The notes beneath the pieces were generated by a model. That model searched no databases, was not told where the DNA came from, and worked only from the letters and a program-made list of their open reading frames with translations. DNA of 64,000 nucleotides from Octopus sinensis (Eukaryota): positions 24,304,001 through 24,368,000 of the forward strand of contig NC_042997.1 in NCBI RefSeq assembly GCF_006345805.1, in the 5' to 3' direction. A program made the translations under genes and the position numbers. Of the stretch, positions 41,837 to 55,594 are shown piece after piece (position 1 is the first letter of the stretch; every line of letters begins with the position of its first letter).

Positions 41837-42785
41837 CATATATATAGAGAGAGAGGGGGGAGGGAGGGAGGGAGGAAGAGAGAGAGGAAGAAAGTAGAGA
41901 GAGAGAGAGACAGCGAGTATGTGGTGTGCGTATACACGCGCACATACTTTGTACGCGTTGTATTTTTACGCTAGAAGAATTGAGAACTAAAGCAGTCATG
42001 GCGTGATCCGTGGTGGATTTCGTTATGTAATATTTTAATAATAGTGTTGTAATTTTTAATTTGCAAAACAAATGTGCAAAGAGTGTGAGGTCCTTTGTTG
42101 TAATGTGCAAGACTGTGTGGTCTTTTGATTCTGTGCTGTGCATACTCTGCATGCACCCTGTGTATGCATCCCGTGCGTGCATTCATTGGTAGGTGTTGTA
42201 GGTAATTTCTTCTACTGTTCATCTGTCTTACTGTATGTTTATGTTGTTATTTCTTGCTTAAATCTGTTTGTAAGAATGAAGACGGGTGATTTCGTAGGTA
42301 CTACTTTTAGATTTGTTTGTTTAGAGACAGGTATATATGTATGTACTTCACTTCGCGTTGGAGTCTTTCTGTAGCTATGTCTATGTAACGGTAGGGGGGC
42401 GACGATGACATCACACGTATATGAGGTTTTATGTTTGTTTTGTAAGGGTCGTCTTGGTGGAATTTACTATGTTAGCTTGCGGTGTGTGTTGTTGAAGATA
42501 TTGAGGTATACAAGTATTCTTTTAAGCACTCGTACAAAGTTTAGAGAATCGCAAATCTCATACTTGCATTTGCATAAATCTGCTAATCGAATGATTCTGT
42601 GATCCAGGGTTTTGTATTTTGCTGTATCGTGATTCCATGAGTTTATCTCTTGTGGGGTTCTGTTTGTGAAGTGCAAATAAAAGTAGAAGCTGAAGCTGGC
42701 TTCGGTGATAAACTGATTGGTGCATTCCAGAGATTACTCGTTGAAACTACCATTTTTACATCTTGTTTTTTTATTTCTTTTATAG

Positions 42786-42847
42786 GAGTTGAAATCAATG
42801 ATCTAATTCCAAGTTGTGCGTTGAAATTGGGTATGAATGGAATATTG
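42786..42847 (+). CDS. Candidate exon of an unidentified gene
   Basis: Strong pyrimidine tract ..ttatttcttttatag| and donor TTG|GTAAGT; open frame VEINDLIPSCALKLGMNGIL; could be UTR plus start. Confidence 0.3.
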
Positions 42848-43105
42848 GTAAGTTATGCACTTAACTCAGAGCGGCATTCACCCACGGTGGGTTGAACCGG
42901 CTCCAACTAATCAGTTCACCACGTCCCTCGCGAATAGTGACCGCTTACGGCAGTCGGCTCTAAGGTTTAGGCAGGCAAAGTAATGTTCTGCTAGCAGCCC
43001 AGAAATCCAGCTTACAAATTTGACAGATGCCCCACTGAGAGAACAAGCGAGTCGGATAGCACAGACGTCGTAGCCACAGTCATCATTCGTTGTTGGATTA
43101 TATAT

Positions 43106-43315
43106 ATTTCTTTACTACCCATAAGGGGCTAAACATAGAGGGGACAAACAAGGACAGACAAAGGGATTAAGTCGATTACATCGACCCCAGTGTGAAACTG
43201 GTACTTTATTTATTGATCCCGAAAGGATGAAAGGCAAAGTCGACCCCGGCGGAATTTGAACTCAGAACGTAACGACATACGAAATACTGCTAAACATTTC
43301 ACCCGGCGCACTAAT
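43106..43315 (-). mobile_element. SINE-A, 5'-truncated
   Basis: 17-bp TSD GTTGTTGGATTATATAT at 43089-43105 and 43316-43332. Confidence 0.92.
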
Positions 43316-43995
43316 GTTGTTGGATTATATATTTCACGTTTGGAGTTTTATTGGGAATACAATTTTCCATGTGGTCTAGTCACACGAATACACACTTTGT
43401 TATTGTGTGACCCAAGCAGCTCATCTTGCCGGCGATTATCGGAGCAGAAGTAGCCTATGTTTGTTAGGAAATGTTAAAGACAGCACTGTGTGATACCCAT
43501 TTCTTCTTGTTTTTATTTGTTGGAATACGATTGAATAAATACGAATATTTGTTGTTGTCAGGCCTCAGGTCAACTTGATTCAACAAAATTCCAGGCTATT
43601 TAGGATTACATATCCCAGTGTTTCTTTCTTTTATGCTATTTATAGTGAAGAATAACTAAAGGCACCCACAGCAGGTGTGTTGTGTTAAAAAAGGTGATAG
43701 ATTAAATGCAAACACAAAAGTCAAGCATGGTACCATTGACCACATTCAACAAAATTTCTTCCAGTGCTATGATAGAAGCCACTAGACTGAGGTCCCATGC
43801 ATTGAGATTGAAACCGAAGATAAAATGTTGGAAAGCCTCGATGATTTGGATAGGCCGATATGTGTAATGACATTTCTGATAAGGGCTTTCAGGGAAATAA
43901 TACCAAATGATTTTTGTCTCGATCACGAAGAGACAAGACACGCTAAATATATTGTGCAATAGTGCAATAGAGTACTGTGACGACAATTCGTTATT

Positions 43996-44190
43996 AAAGG
44001 TGGCGAGCTGGTCGGAAAAAATTGCTTAGTGGCATTTTTTTCCGACTTTACTTTCTGTAAAGCTCAAATACCACCGAGGTCCAGTTTACTTTACACCATT
44101 TCGGGGTCAATAGAATAATTACCAGTTGAGTATTATGGTCGATGTAATCGACTAGCTCCATTATCCAAAACTGCTGGCCATATGCCTAAA
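43996..44190 (+). mobile_element. Old degenerate SINE-A family copy
   Basis: Head and central domain recognisable; similar degenerate copies at ~33085-33260, 35925-36090, 39555-39660, 48060-48280, 50880-50990, 63640-63720. Confidence 0.6.
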
Positions 44191-44330
44191 TTTAAAATCC
44201 ATATAAATATTCATTAGTGGATAAATTGTTGTGTTAATATAATTGTTTATTTAATTTCAGGTCAATTTTAACCGAGCAAACCTGTGGCCTATGACGCTTT
44301 CTCTCTCTCTCTCTTTCTTTCTTCTCTCTC

Positions 44331-44367
<37 letters not shown>

Positions 44368-45228
44368 GTAACCAGTTTACTATTATTGTTTCAGGCGTAA
44401 GTTTACGTTATCCAATACAGCCATTTTAAAGATGGTATGGTATAATTTGAAGGGATTTTAGGTTCTCTACTTAGGAACTAGAATGTTACAACCGGAAAGT
44501 TGCATTGATAGATCAATTCTTTATTGACAAGGCCTATTGGTGCCATCTCTAACCAACGGTTATCCTATGCCGATGAAGAGAAAAAATAACTCAGAAACCA
44601 TGGTCTGCGGGTACCGTTTAAGTTTGAGTGGGGACATTTGCTCCTTTGTCCAAAGTATAAGGACGCAGTTATGCGTCTGTAGCCAACTGGAAAATATGTT
44701 TTCCTGGGGCTGAAAATCCTAATCAGGACCGCCACTTGACTTTAGCAAATAGATTTTACTCTTTATCGAAATTTTCTTCATACTCCAATAACAACCCATA
44801 AGTGTGAGAGTTCTTGTAAAAGGAATAGAAAAAATAAGTTTTCATATCCGTGTCTATCCTAAAGTCAAATGACGTATAAATAACAATATTTTTACCAAAA
44901 GTAGGTCACGGACCCAGATTACAGGAAGTTCGCTTGCTCGCCCGACAGAAAATAGTGTATATATAATCCAATAATAATTTTGACTGGAGAAATATTTATA
45001 CACGAAAATACACATATACTTATGTGTAGTTAATGTATTTAAGTGTAAATGGTTTTATGAGACACTATATTTTTATGTATATATGTATGTGCGAGCTTCA
45101 GTGTCTACAATTAATACATGTATCTCTCTCTCTCTCTCTCTCACGCTAGACATATATAATATATACACACATACATACATGCATATACATATATATATAT
45201 ACATATCTATTAAATATATATATAATAT

Positions 45229-45330
<102 letters not shown>

Positions 45331-45734
45331 CATATATAATATATATATATAATGTATACAACACACACAATATATCTATCCTTCTGCCTCGGTCTCAGTC
45401 TTTCAATCCTCTCTCTCCCTCTCTCTCTAATTCTCTGCAGATATGTGTGTGTTTGTGCGTGTGTGTATTTACGTGCGTGCTGTGTGTGAGTGTAACTGTG
45501 ACTACGTATTTGCAAATATGTATTCGTATTTATATAACTACGCACCCCCACACATCCTCATTTGTGTATATACGTATCTATATATGTATAAATGTGAGTG
45601 TGTGTGAGCGTGTGAGTATGTATGTAATTGGGGAACTAAAATAGTGGGAGGTTTGATTGTCAGTGCACCAGTCAAATACAAGCAGTAGTCACAGACACGA
45701 TGGTTTTTAATGTTTACTGTGTAAATATCGACAG

Positions 45735-45831
45735 GACAGCACAAGGGTGGATCAGACATGTGTACTCGCACGATGTCATTGCACCCCTGGACAGAATGGG
45801 GCCAGTTGTAAATGAAAGTGATATGAAAACT
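45735..45831 (+). CDS. Candidate exon of an unidentified gene
   Basis: acag| acceptor, ACT|GTAAGT donor, 97 nt, one open frame TAQGWIRHVYSHDVIAPLDRMGPVVNESDMKT. Confidence 0.3.
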
Positions 45832-46542
45832 GTAAGTATGATATGATGTAGCAGTAAGAGACGAAATGAAGCTTTTCGTAACCCAGTTTTGATTCTCGTT
45901 TATAGTCATTACATTGTTTGTTAGTACTCTTAAAAAGCTCTGTTCGTCTACTTATACAAGGAAATAAAGTTGATATCATATAGCAACATAACGGAAACAA
46001 TTAATAAATCATTATTGCATCTGACCTTGATATACTTTTAGTTCGCTCGATTAAATATGCTCTGGTATTAAGTTCTTTATATTTCATTCTTCCGGTGTCT
46101 ATAAAATAACGGAGCAGAAAAGTGAAGGAATAGATTTAATCGATTCATACTGGTATCTTCGAGGTTTCTTCAAGTAAGAGAAAACTGTGAACCTCGGATG
46201 GTTTTTTTTTTTCATCATGTTGCGCTTTAAGAAGAAATGACGATATAAGTACAAATGGTTGCACTGTTGCTGTAATAACATTAGTTATCATTTGCTTCGA
46301 GCCACAATGATAACAGTTGTATGTGCGGTGGCGTAGCTAGAGTGTGTGATATCTGGTCTAGCTCTTTCGGCAATACATCCTATTTAGCCTTATACAGCAA
46401 GCCGAAAAGTGAGTCCCCATAAAAGATTCGCTCTATTACTCTCTACCGGCTACGCTGTTGTATATGTGATGCGTTTGTTTTTGTGTCCAAGGCGCAAGTG
46501 CAAGATAAAGTCAATAAATGATGAGTATTTAGTGTTACATAT

Positions 46543-47000
46543 CATCTTCATCTAGTTTCAACTCACGAGCTGTGGCCATGCTGGGGCACCGCCATTCGGT
46601 GTTGCTACATGATTTTACTTCACGAATGCTTTTTAGCAATTGACATTGGTGTGCATAGAGAGTTTGATGCAGCGCCCTCATCTGCACCTCCTGCCGTGAA
46701 GTTGGTTCATCTGGGACACCTGACAGGAAGAGGTCCAGCTTTATTTTAAAGACATCCGCATCCACCCCATGCAGGTCTCTCAGATCCTTCGGGAGGATAT
46801 TGAAGAGCTATGGACCTCTGAAGTCCAGGATATCGCAGTATCTTGTCCTCTATCTTAATGGCAAATTTGGAGTCCTTGGCACTATGCAGTGGCGGCCAGT
46901 TCTAGTATTTGTGTAACTCTCGATGCCAAAGTTTGGGACAAGTCCTTCTAGAATCTTCCAGATGTATATTATGGCATATCTTTCTCGCCTACGCTCTAAG
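46543..47000 (-). mobile_element. 5'-truncated CR1/L2-group LINE, same family as 3511-3977
   Basis: ORF 46535-46765 DVFKIKLDLFLSGVPDEPTSRQEVQMRA; same 3' tail. Confidence 0.88.
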
Positions 47001-47405
47001 TCTTTGTGATTTCAAGACATTCCGAACATAACCTAGCCTTTTAAATACCCTGGATCAATAAAACTAATACTTCATGTTGATTAGCTCAACACCAGTCCTG
47101 ATCGAACAAATTTAGTATCGAAGAAGTTTTAGGGTGACTTTTCATTCAGGCATCACTTTCTGCCGAATACATTCTCCAACATGGGCTACTCTTTCTAGAA
47201 GAGAATGTTGTGATTTCAATATGTGATCGTTCGATCGAGTAGAAGTGTTTCTTTCTTTCTTTCTTTCTATTTTCCGAAACTATTAGTTGTTGATGTTCAA
47301 CCGTTGTTAAATCTAACAGAGCAGATTTATATGTTCCGTTCATGAACATGCTGCATTTTTCTGTATCGAAAACGTCATTGTCTAATGTCTATCTTTATAT
47401 AAAAA

Positions 47406-47802
47406 GAGGACAGCGAGCCGGGCGAAATGCTTAGCGGTATTTCGTCTGCTTTTACGCTCTGAGTTCAAATTCCGCCGAGGTCGACTTTGCCTTTTATCCT
47501 TTCGGAGTCGATTAAATAAGTACCAGTTACGCACTGGGGTCGATATAATCGACTTAATTCGTTTGTCTGTCCTTGTTTGTCCTCTCTATGTTTAGCCCCT
47601 TGTGGGTAGTAAAGAAATAGGTATTTCGTCTGCCGCTACATTCTGAGTTCAAATCCACCGAGGTCGACTTTGCCTTTCATCCTTTCAGGGTCGATTAAAT
47701 AAGTACCAGTTACGCACTGTGGTCGATGTAATCGACTTAATGCGCTTGTCTGTCCTTGTTTGTCCCCTCTATGTTTACTCCCTTGTGGGCAATAAAGAAA
47801 TA
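47406..47802 (+). mobile_element. SINE-A dimer within one TSD pair
   Basis: TSD TAATGT(C/T)TATCTTTATATAAAAA at 47383-47405 and 47803-47825; junction at 47619/47620. Confidence 0.9.
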
Positions 47803-48758
47803 TAATGTTTATCTTTATATAAAAATTATATTTTGAAGAGGATTTTGCATTTTAATTCTAGATTAGCTCAACAAGCTAAAGTTTCCTTTGTTGGTTAAAT
47901 AAATACTCGGAGAGAAATATTTACATTCTGCAGTCGATTTTCGATATAGCTGACAGTTCATGATTATAGTTCCCATAAATATATGAACGATCAATCGAAT
48001 ACACTCGGTTTACTGTTGTCCAGTTCGTTCTGATTTCAATAGACCTCCTAAAGGTAACATTGGTTCCAAATTTTGGCACAAGGCCAGCTGTTTTGGGTGG
48101 GGGTGGAGGTGGGGTAAGTGGATTACATCTACTACCAAGTGCTCTACTAGTACTTATTTTATCGACCCCGAAAGATTGAAGGGAAAGTGGATTTCGGTGG
48201 AATTTGAAGTTAAAATGTAAAGATGAATTACTGCTAAGTATATTTTGGAGGCTGCAAACGATTCTGCCAGCTCGTCGCGTTTATCCTAAAGGTAATTTTG
48301 CATTTCATTATTTCTGAGTCAAAGACACTGTTTATATTTTGTGCTCGAACTAGTCAGCCAAACCCATTTACTGTATTGACAGTCTTCCAAGCAACGCATG
48401 GTCATCTACAAGAGAGATAGATCTTCTAGAAAAAAGAGTCATGAAATCTCACCCAAAACGCATATCATTGCGTTGCAAAAGTAAACATATAATGGATTAT
48501 GTAATCCTAAATACACTTTTTGTATGAAAATAGATGATGCGGTTCTAATGGAGAGACTCTGACCATGAACTCAACAACAGAATCATATTCAGTTTCATTT
48601 GATTTTGCTATATTTTAGACTTCAAAAGAAACTTATTTTCCTGAAAGGCATCGCATTTTATTACGTATACTACATTTATTAATTTTTTCATATATAGTCG
48701 AATTTCATTGTGTGTGAGTGCGCGCGCACAAATACGCGTGTGTATGAATATGTATATC

Positions 48759-48839
<81 letters not shown>

Positions 48840-48840
48840 T

Positions 48841-50150
48841 GTCAGGCGATCCATTTGCTGTCAACACCCGTTAAAAGGAGGGCTGGGCATGCCGTGGTTG
48901 ATGATGCGCAGATACGCGCTGAGACTGCGACATCTCTGGCTCTATGTAGACGACGGTGAACAGGTGTGGTCGCCGTTTGTGAGGCACGCTTTCCCGCAGC
49001 TCGCCTCCAGACCGAACTGCAGTCGTGGATCAAAGAGGCCGAGGAAGGGCGAATGGCACCGCGAGTGTCGCGTTGCTCTCAAGCAACTCTGCCGTCCTGG
49101 TCGACCTTAATGACTTCAACACAACCAAAGCATTCTATAGGGGTTTGTGGAGGGGAGGTAGACGACGAGCTCGGGCGAACCTGGACGTCGATGAGGAGTA
49201 CCTGACCCGCCTGTTCAGGACGACTTTCGGGCCAGGGCCCATGGACAACTTCCAGAGATCCCTGGCCTGGCAGTGCTACCGAGAAGCGCTACCCGTTCGG
49301 GATAAGCTCTACAGACACGGCTCGAGAACACGGGGCCGACCTGCCCGAGATGCGGTCAGAGCGACGAAACCGTTCTGCACGCACTCGTTCAGTGTCCAAC
49401 AATTTCTGACCTGTGGGCTTATGTCGAACAACTGCTGTCACGTGTGGGACGAGTCGGTTTATCAGCTGAGTCTATCGTCAATATTGTCACGCTCCTCCTC
49501 CTTCAAACGGGAAGGAAGAGCTATTTTCATCATCCTTGTGGCTATGGCGAAAGAATGTATCTGGTGGACGCGTCTGAAAGGATTGGAGACAAACACTTTC
49601 CTCTCTGGTCAATCTCTCATCACACCTTCTTCAAGTACCACTTGAAAAGGAAAGTGAGAGTAGAGAGGCAAGTTTTGTCTAGCGAATGTTTTAAAAAAAG
49701 ATGGGTGAATGTAGCAAGAATGGCACGTATGAATGACGAAGCCACCTTGAGCATAGTCCTATGACCCAAAATTGAAAACAGAGATTTGCTTATTTGCAAA
49801 AAAAAAAAAAAAAAAAGAAATATAAAATGTGACTCCATTGACCGAGGTTACCGTGGTCTTTTCCGTACGCTTTTCTTTCCACGGGTAAACCTCACCTGTC
49901 CTCCCATTTACACTTCATATTGACATTTCTGTGATAACGATCCCTATTGATCAATTTTCTTTTCCTCTCCCCCCTTTTTTTTAACCCCCCCTTTTTTGTC
50001 CTCTTTCTCTCCTTTTACGATCCCTTTTGATCGAAACTCCCCCCTTTCCTTTTTTTTCTTTTTTTTTTTTTTTTTTAAACCTTCAAAAGAAAAGCTCTAC
50101 CTTGTAATTTGTTCTATCTGTGTGCAGCCCTATGTGGCTAATAAAGAAAC
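48841..50150 (+). mobile_element. 5'-truncated Tx1/L1-clade LINE: ORF2 C-terminus plus 3' UTR
   Basis: QHPLKGGLGMP motif; SLAWQCYREALPVRDKL; CCHC finger CPRC-x8-H-x4-C (~49341-49395); stop at 49762-49764; pyrimidine-rich 3' UTR ending AATAAAGAAAC; frameshifted. Confidence 0.88.
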
Positions 50151-50162
50151 ATATCTATCTAC

Positions 50163-50250
<88 letters not shown>

Positions 50251-50587
50251 ATGAATGTAGCAAAGATGGTGCGTGCAAGCGACGAAGCCACTTTGAGCAT
50301 GATCCTGTAAGTCGTAAAAGCAGAGAGAGAGCACTTTGCTCTAATGTGTTTATTCCTTCCCTGCCTGAAGTTACCGTGGTTTTTTCCGTAGGCTTTTCTT
50401 TCCACAGATAAACCTAATCTTGCTTCTTACATTTAAAAAATTTCTTCTGTGATACACGATCCCTTTTGATCGCCTTCCCCCTACCCTTTTGATCGGAATT
50501 TCGTTTTCTTTTTCATTTTCGAAACGAAAAGTTCTAGATTTGTATTTGTCCCCACTATGTTCAGTCCTGTGTGGCCAATAAAGAAAG
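50251..50587 (+). mobile_element. Second, diverged Tx1-like 3' end
   Basis: MNVAKMVRASDEATLSMIL* versus VNVARMARMNDEATLSIVL* in the first copy; homologous 3' UTR ending AATAAAGAAAG. Confidence 0.85.
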
Positions 50588-50649
<62 letters not shown>

Positions 50650-50993
50650 GTCTCTCTGTCTCTCTCTTTCTCTCTCTCTCTATCTATCTATCTGTCTGTC
50701 TGTCTGTCTGTCTGTATATCTCTAAATACACTGCCATACTTTTCGTTCCAAGTAGCTGCCATATCTATCGTTGTGTGAATCTGAATGAAACCTACAGAAA
50801 CAGGCTAAAAAATTATTAACAAGTCAAATTATATAGATGTAACATCAAATTCTCTGTTTCTTCACATTTTAGCACAAGACCAGTAATTATGAGGAGTGGC
50901 AAAGTCGATTATATTGACCCCGGTGTTCGGCTGGTCCATAAAACGTAAAACCCGATAAAATGCCACTGCCGGTTCTGCCAGCTCGCCGCCACA

Positions 50994-51363
50994 TCTCTCT
51001 ATTTATAAACGGCAGTTTGTCTGTGTGTGTTTCTGTGTGTCTGTTAGGTTGTACCCTCACTCTGACCACGGCTTTCAACCGATTCTGATGAAACTTGACA
51101 CACACATAGCCCAATGTCATAATTCAAAACTAACGCAGGAAAATTTTGAAAAGTTCCTCCAGTTCTGAAAAAATCGATAAATTCGACATGGGGTCGAGAA
51201 TCAGAAACACAAACCACAGGACTGTCTAGGGGACGCAACTCGACCTTTTTGACTAAAAAAAAATTTACCATCATTTTTTTTCCATTTTTTGGCTATAACT
51301 CTCTAAAAATGCTTTATAGTTATTTCCCTTACAAACCCGAGCAACGCCGGGCGATACTGCTAG
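50994..51363 (+). mobile_element. Non-autonomous Helitron
   Basis: A|TC start, same hairpin and CTAG|T end as 36110-36506; 3' ~100 bp shared, 5' part different. Confidence 0.88.
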
Positions 51364-51616
51364 TCAATGATAATATTATTCTCTTTTGCTTTTCATATGG
51401 TTTCGCAACAACGAGGACCAGGTCTCGAGCCCACTTATCGCACCTTTGGCAATTGCCACTTTCAATAGTTTTGGATCGACCCTTTCTATGTGAGTGAAAC
51501 TGGATACACAGAAAATGTACAGACGCCCCGCACAAATGGATTGCCCTGTATTTCTAAGACACAACCTCGTTACACTGTGTCAAACTGATCCTTCATTACA
51601 GTTACATGTCTGCAGA

Positions 51617-51925
51617 GTTAGTTAGTTAGTTAGTTAGTTAATTTGGCTCAAAAGCAAATAGCAAGGCCATGTAGGGGGACATGGAGTTAAGTACAGGGTG
51701 GTGTTCATGTAAAGAGTTCAGGCCACTTGAGGTCCAGGGAGGCTTTGAACAAAGCGGTCGTCGGCATCTTCACCATCTCGTCTGGCAGCTTGTTCCACGG
51801 ATCCGCAACCCGGACGGAGAAAGCTCCTCTCCTTCGATTGAGATGAAATCGTCGCAGGTAGAGCTTTTCGGAATGACCCCGCAGCCGACGCTCTGGAGCA
51901 GGAGTGAAGAACAGCTCTTTCGAGA
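51617..51925 (-). mobile_element. CR1 LINE 3' end with (TAAC)n tail
   Basis: ELFFTPAPERRLRGHSEKLYLRRFHLNRRRGAFSVRVADPWNKLPDEMVKMPTTALFKASLD, stop at 51707-51705; tail 51617-51640. Confidence 0.9.
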
Positions 51926-52284
51926 GGTTACATTTTCCACAGGTCTGCGGAGTGCATGCTTTAACTCTGGAATAGGTACTTCAGTTGAATGAATAGCTGA
52001 AATCTTATCGCCTAATGATAAATATCTGCCGCCAAATATGTGTCTAAATGTTTTACAAGCTAATGGGTCGAATCAATTAAATTAATCCCTGGATGGCATC
52101 AAATAACAAAACAACGGATTTTCTAAACCTTATGAAAATGAAATTGAAGAACAAAAAGCAACGTATTGACTGATGAGATTAGGACCTAGTATATACTGCT
52201 TGCCAGACAACCGCTTTACGGCCCTTTTTGCTTCTGTTTAAAGCTGGTATATTAGGGATTAAACATTCTCTAGCAAATAAGTCC

Positions 52285-52528
52285 ACTGGGCGTTACTGTT
52301 TTCAGTCCTATGAGACGTAGGACCGGTTTTCTGGTTTCCGTGGAGTATAAGCGATTGAGAGCATTACACTCCACCTGAACGGGACGCCAGCCTCTCTCAC
52401 AGGGATTCTCACAGCTGAATGAACTGGAGCAACGTGAAAGAAAGTGTGACACTCAAGAACATAGTACAACGCTAGGTCCGGGAACTGAAACTAAGTTCTT
52501 CGGATCATGAGTGCTACACCTAAACCAC
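52285..52528 (-). mobile_element. Old SINE with CORE-like body and a tail similar to SINE-C type 2
   Basis: TTCTTGAGTGTCACACTTT..GCTGGCGTCCCGTTCAGG..CCACGGAAACCAGAAAACCGG. Confidence 0.6.
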
Positions 52529-52608
52529 ATTGATTGTACTTTTACAAATAACTTCTAAACATAGGTTTTATTCGACTGCAAAAACAAAAACAACAACAAA
52601 AATTCAAT

Positions 52609-52937
52609 AGGCGTAGGAGTGGCTGTGTGGTAAGTAGCTTGCTTACCAACCACATGGTTCCGGGTTCAGTCCCGCTGCGTGGCATCTTGGGCAAGTGTCT
52701 TCTAGTATAGCCTCGGACCGACCAAAGCCTTGAGAGTGGATTGGGTAGACGGAATCTGAAAGAAGACCGTCGTATATATGTATGAATATATATATACAAA
52801 TTATACAATTTCATTTACACTGTTTTGTTCTATATAAATATGTTTGACCTTAGGTAGTGGTTTAATAAATAATGTGATTGAGTATTATTTGGTTGTTGAT
52901 AATTGATTTAGATGTATTTCTCCATTTTCTTATTTTG

Positions 52938-52974
<37 letters not shown>

Positions 52975-53126
52975 GTATGTATGCATGTGTGTGTATGTGT
53001 TTGTGTGTCTGTGTTTATCCCCCTAACATCGCTTGATAACCGAATAAGTCCTGAGGTCGATTTGCTCGACTAAAGGTGGCGCTCCAGCATGGCCACAGTC
53101 AAATGACTAAAACAAGTAAAAGAGTA
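52609..53126 (+). mobile_element. SINE-B with ~140-bp insertion in its internal microsatellite and a body deletion
   Basis: Head at 52609, tail to 53126; unique AT-rich insert at ~52800-52938. Confidence 0.85.
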
Positions 53127-53729
53127 GACTTAAGTTAGATTTTGAACACAGAACGAAAATGTACTGAAACCAAGTTCGACGATTTAACCATGTCGTTATT
53201 TTTTTGCTGCCGACACGCCACGTTACACTACTAACAACATTCACCCACAATTCTTGTAACCCTATTGACCTGCACGGAATCATCTTGTTTATAAATATAA
53301 CAAGAATTTTTTTGAAAAAAAAAATAATAAACACGAAGATAAGTGCCTTACCGTGTGCAAAAATAGTCAACGTCGAGATTGTTAGAAGCAAGAAATAGTA
53401 TCTTTCATTCCACTATTCAAACGTCTTCAGGTTTCGAAGAAGAGGGAGAAAGAAAACAAACAAACAAAACAAAACAAAACAACACCATGTAAGCATTCGC
53501 TATGAAAATAAATCGTCCGCTGTGCCAACGATTCACAGCAGCCATTTCCCCTACAAATACGACGCAAAGATGCTTTCATGTTTCATGCCATCTACACTAT
53601 TGACATAGCTAACGAAAACAACACGCTCTCTTAGATACACACGCACACACATACACAAAAAGCAAACATATACATGCTTAAGAATTACAGAGGTTTATGT
53701 ATGCATTTAAGCATATATGAATATATATC

Positions 53730-53761
<32 letters not shown>

Positions 53762-54004
53762 TATATATATATATATATATATAATATATATATAATATAT
53801 ATTATATTATATATATAATATATATATATATATAGCATATATATAGATATATATATATCAATGTATATATAGCAAATCATACCACACACAGACATATATA
53901 TTAAAATGTGAATATATGTTGTCTCAGATATCCTGTGTATGTAAAATGCATATATATCTATTTGTGTTTTGAGGATGGTGGTGCTTCGTCTGTCATATAT
54001 ACAT

Positions 54005-54049
<45 letters not shown>

Positions 54050-54920
54050 TGTGTGTGTGTGTATGTGTGTGTGTTGTTTGTTGTGTTTGTGGGTGCATGT
54101 GTGTGTTGTGTGTGTGGTATGTATATGTATATGGCATAAATATTGTGTGTATCACACATATATATATATATACATATACATATAGATAGATATACATATA
54201 CATTCCATAACATATATATATATATATTATATATATATTATATATATATATATAATATATATACATATCATAGAGCACTATGAGGAACTTTCAATAATTT
54301 GTAATAAAAATTTACCTTTTATTAAATAAACAAACCTACAAACACACACATTTATACGAATTCACATACACGATACATGTATATAGAAATATTTCTAGCG
54401 TATACTACTGAATAAAGTGTTAAATTTTGTTATTTTAATTTAATGTTTTAATTGGAGATTTAAGGACAGGGCCTATGATCTATTGAAGACTCTCGAAAAC
54501 TGATTAGTAGATCTACTTAGACGTGTAAGGAATTCTTGCAGCAGAATGAACTTCGCCAGTGTACCGAAGTATTGAGTTGATGAATTTAAATCTACCAACC
54601 GATTAACGTAGCGTTCTACCTCATCTGCCTCATCTACCTCATCACAGTGTGATTTTAATGAATTTGACTCGAGGTGTGAATATGGCAGAATTTATTTGAG
54701 GTTTGGATATGGCAGAAAACTTATGTACATCGTAACGGCAGAGGAATAAACCGGAAACCGGAAATCTTACGTACACAACACTTTTTATCCGATTTGTGTG
54801 AAATCATCCATTTATTAGAAATCAACTTTCTATATTTAGAAAGAAATTAACCCATTTTATCCACCTTCTATCCTCTTTATGCTAAGTAAAGAAAAATACT
54901 AATATAATTATGAAGAGAAT

Positions 54921-55309
54921 GGATGGAAGCACTCCGTCGGTTACGACGACGAGGGTTCCGGTTGATCCGAATCAACGGAACGGCCTGCTCGTGAAATTAA
55001 CATGTAAGTGGCTGAGCACTCCACAGACACGTGTACCCATAACGTAGTTCTCGGGGATATTCAGCGTGACACAGAGAGTGACAAGGCCGACCCTTTGAAA
55101 TACAGGTACAACAGAAACAGAAAGTAAGAGTGAGAGAAAGTTGTGGTGAAAGAGTACAGCAGGGATCGCCACCATCCCCTGCCGAGCCTCGTGGAGCTTT
55201 AGGGTTTTTTCGCTCAATAAAACACTCACAACGCCCCGTCTGGAATCGAAACCGCGATCCTACGCCGCGAGTTCCGCTGCCCTAACCACTGGGCCATTGC
55301 GCCTCCACA
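54921..55309 (-). mobile_element. SINE-C, tail type 1
   Basis: Colinear with 20361-20747; TSD ATG(A/C)AGAGAAT at 54910-54920 and 55310-55320. Confidence 0.92.
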
Positions 55310-55594
55310 ATGCAGAGAATACATTGGTTGCAAACACTGTTGAAAATACCAATTGCATATTATATTACTAATAGCTTAGAAATAAACGGGCAGTGATTTA
55401 TTAGAGTCAGTCGAGTGACGGACAAAATGCGTTGCTAAATTTAGTTTTGTTGCTTACGTTCTGAATCGACATACTTTTGAAATTCCAGGGAAAAAAATGG
55501 TCACAATCAAGCAAATACCAGGATTGCTTTTATCGTTTGCGTCCCTTATTCGAATAGTGTGACATCATCCATCTATTAAAAATATTTGCATAAA

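Larger units (their letters stand above)
48759..50648. repeat. (ATCT)n array split in three (48759-48839, 50152-50250, 50589-50648)
   Basis: Directly visible on both sides of each Tx1-like piece. Confidence 0.93.

Noticed and set aside
46140-46180. GFFK(R), integrin-alpha-like motif
   Set aside because: No hydrophobic transmembrane segment precedes it.
51617-51640. (TTAG)n telomere-like repeat
   Set aside because: It directly follows a CR1 3' UTR and is that element's tail.
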